Origin: Tubiluchus corallicola
Taxonomy: Eukaryota > Animalia > Priapulida
Assembly (NCBI GenBank): GCA_030141605.1
Contig: JAQGDQ010000449.1
Location: 62,001-126,000, forward strand
Direction: 5' to 3'
Length of the DNA: 64,000 nucleotides
Shown here: positions 62,584-64,000 of the stretch, one piece after another
Position numbering within the stretch: position 1 is the first letter of the stretch
Layout of the letters: every line of letters begins with the position of its first letter
Translations under genes and position numbers: made by a program
The notes under the pieces: model-generated
Told to the model about the DNA's origin: nothing
The model's input: only the letters and a program-made list of their open reading frames with translations
Databases searched by the model: none

Positions 62584-64000
62584 CATGGATGCTCAGTCGT
62601 AGTAGTTCTTTCGTTGATTCGTTTGCTTATTGACTGGCTGTTTGTTTGCCTTCTATTCGAACTCGAATCAAATTTTTTGCTTTGCTTTAAAACAAAAAAG
62701 AGAGAGCGCTCTTACAACTAAATAGTTACATGAGCCCTGTCTGTCTAGGCATGAACGCAGCTAAAGTTTCCATTACTAAGAACCAAATGTAAATGCAACA
62801 GCACGATAATCGGAGCAGCTGAGTGCTGTCTATTATTCACTGTTATTTCACTCTTATTCTCTCTGCGAATTTTCACATTTTGAATAAATGCTTAAATAAA
62901 TGAAGTACTGAGGAACAAACGAATGAATGAATGAATAAACGAACGAATGTTTGAAAGAAAAGGTAAATGTCTGAATTACTGGGAGAAGTTTGAACGGTAT
63001 TAAAATCGTTGCTTGCTAAACAAAATGTATAAGAAACGTTGGGTTTGGCAGGTACTCCGAGGCTGCTTGTTTCCTTCCTTTTCTTTCTTTTGAAATAAAG
63101 ATGTCTTGTAACAGAACATAACTGTTGATTCCAAAAAAGTGTTTGCTATTATCAAAATCGGAGTCAGCAGAAAAAAATCAACATCCAAAAAGTTTGAATC
63201 TCAAACCTCCACAAACTCTTTTCAAATTTTACAGCACAAATTGCTGAAATTAATACATTTCCAGTTGATATTATTTTCCCACTGTTCCACATCAGCATGA
63301 GGCAGCTTCACCAGAGTTTCACGTGTTCTATTCTCGCCGGGTCACCTTGTTTGGTTGTGGGTAGGCTATCGTGCATATATCCCTGTTGTTTCTGGCTATA
63401 AGGTTTCGCCCACGTGGCATTAACCAGGGCACGCTTGTGTTTTCCGTAAATAGGACTACCAATGCCTCGTGAACTGAGCCCAGCAATAAAATAATAAACA
63501 TCGTAAGTTTATCGTTGGACATTATTTGGTCACGTGATCAACGTGCCGTATAACAATTTGTGCAACATTTTTTAATTAGTATTTCAAGCCGCTTTCATTA
63601 CCCGGAACGTGCAGTGATTCTGCGTTTTTTGACCAGCTGATAACGTAACTATCAAACAGTTCTAACTGCTCATCATAATTGTCAATTATGTCATTATAAT
63701 CGTTGCTGTCGTTGTCATACCGGTCGTTGGCCCTGGAACAGCTTTTGGTGTCACAACCAATGATAACTGTCAGCGTTGACTATGATCATGAATAACAAAA
63801 AGCTCCTCGGCCAGAATTAGCATGGTTAACGAGAAGCATTATTAACGAGACCGCCCAGAGCCAGTATTACCACTCACTGACCAGGCTTCGCGTTGAAGTG
63901 AATTCCTACCGTGCTAGGTTTACACCGTGATCATTCGACTATTCCGTTGCTCCTGTTTTAAGCGAAAAAGCAAGAGGAAGATGGAAACTGAGAGCACAGA

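Noticed and set aside
60914-62721. ORFs 60914-61156, 60928-61194 and 62254-62721 as proteins, or the arrays as CRISPR
   Set aside because: They are translations of a degenerate minisatellite. There are no unique spacers or cas genes, and the context is eukaryotic.

Overview
AT-rich, intron-containing animal genomic DNA; the myosin motifs look protostome-like, which is an inference. It holds two tandem, same-strand (minus) sarcomeric myosin II heavy chain genes. Mhc-A has its CDS at 16751->3282 (15 coding exons, 1959 aa) and Mhc-B at 50735->37658 (17 coding exons per isoform, 1957 aa). I traced every exon by hand with GT-AG boundaries and consistent phases. An intronless testis-specific Ser/Thr kinase (TSSK) ORF missed by the ORF track starts at 696 and runs off the left edge. 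The spacer and flanks carry decayed transposons: RTE and RTE-X-like LINEs, a pogo/Tigger fragment, a MITE family, SINE remnants and a foldback-like element. The main finding is a duplicated pair of 157-nt motor-domain exons in Mhc-B (49032-49188 and 48382-48538) that can only be used mutually exclusively. The intron between them has nested inverted repeats plus RBFOX and STAR/QKI motifs, and a UG repeat follows the second exon. Also notable are a helix-breaking GLGGGGP in the rod of both paralogs, two introns missing from Mhc-A, patchy near-identity suggesting gene conversion, and candidate alternative C-termini in Mhc-B.
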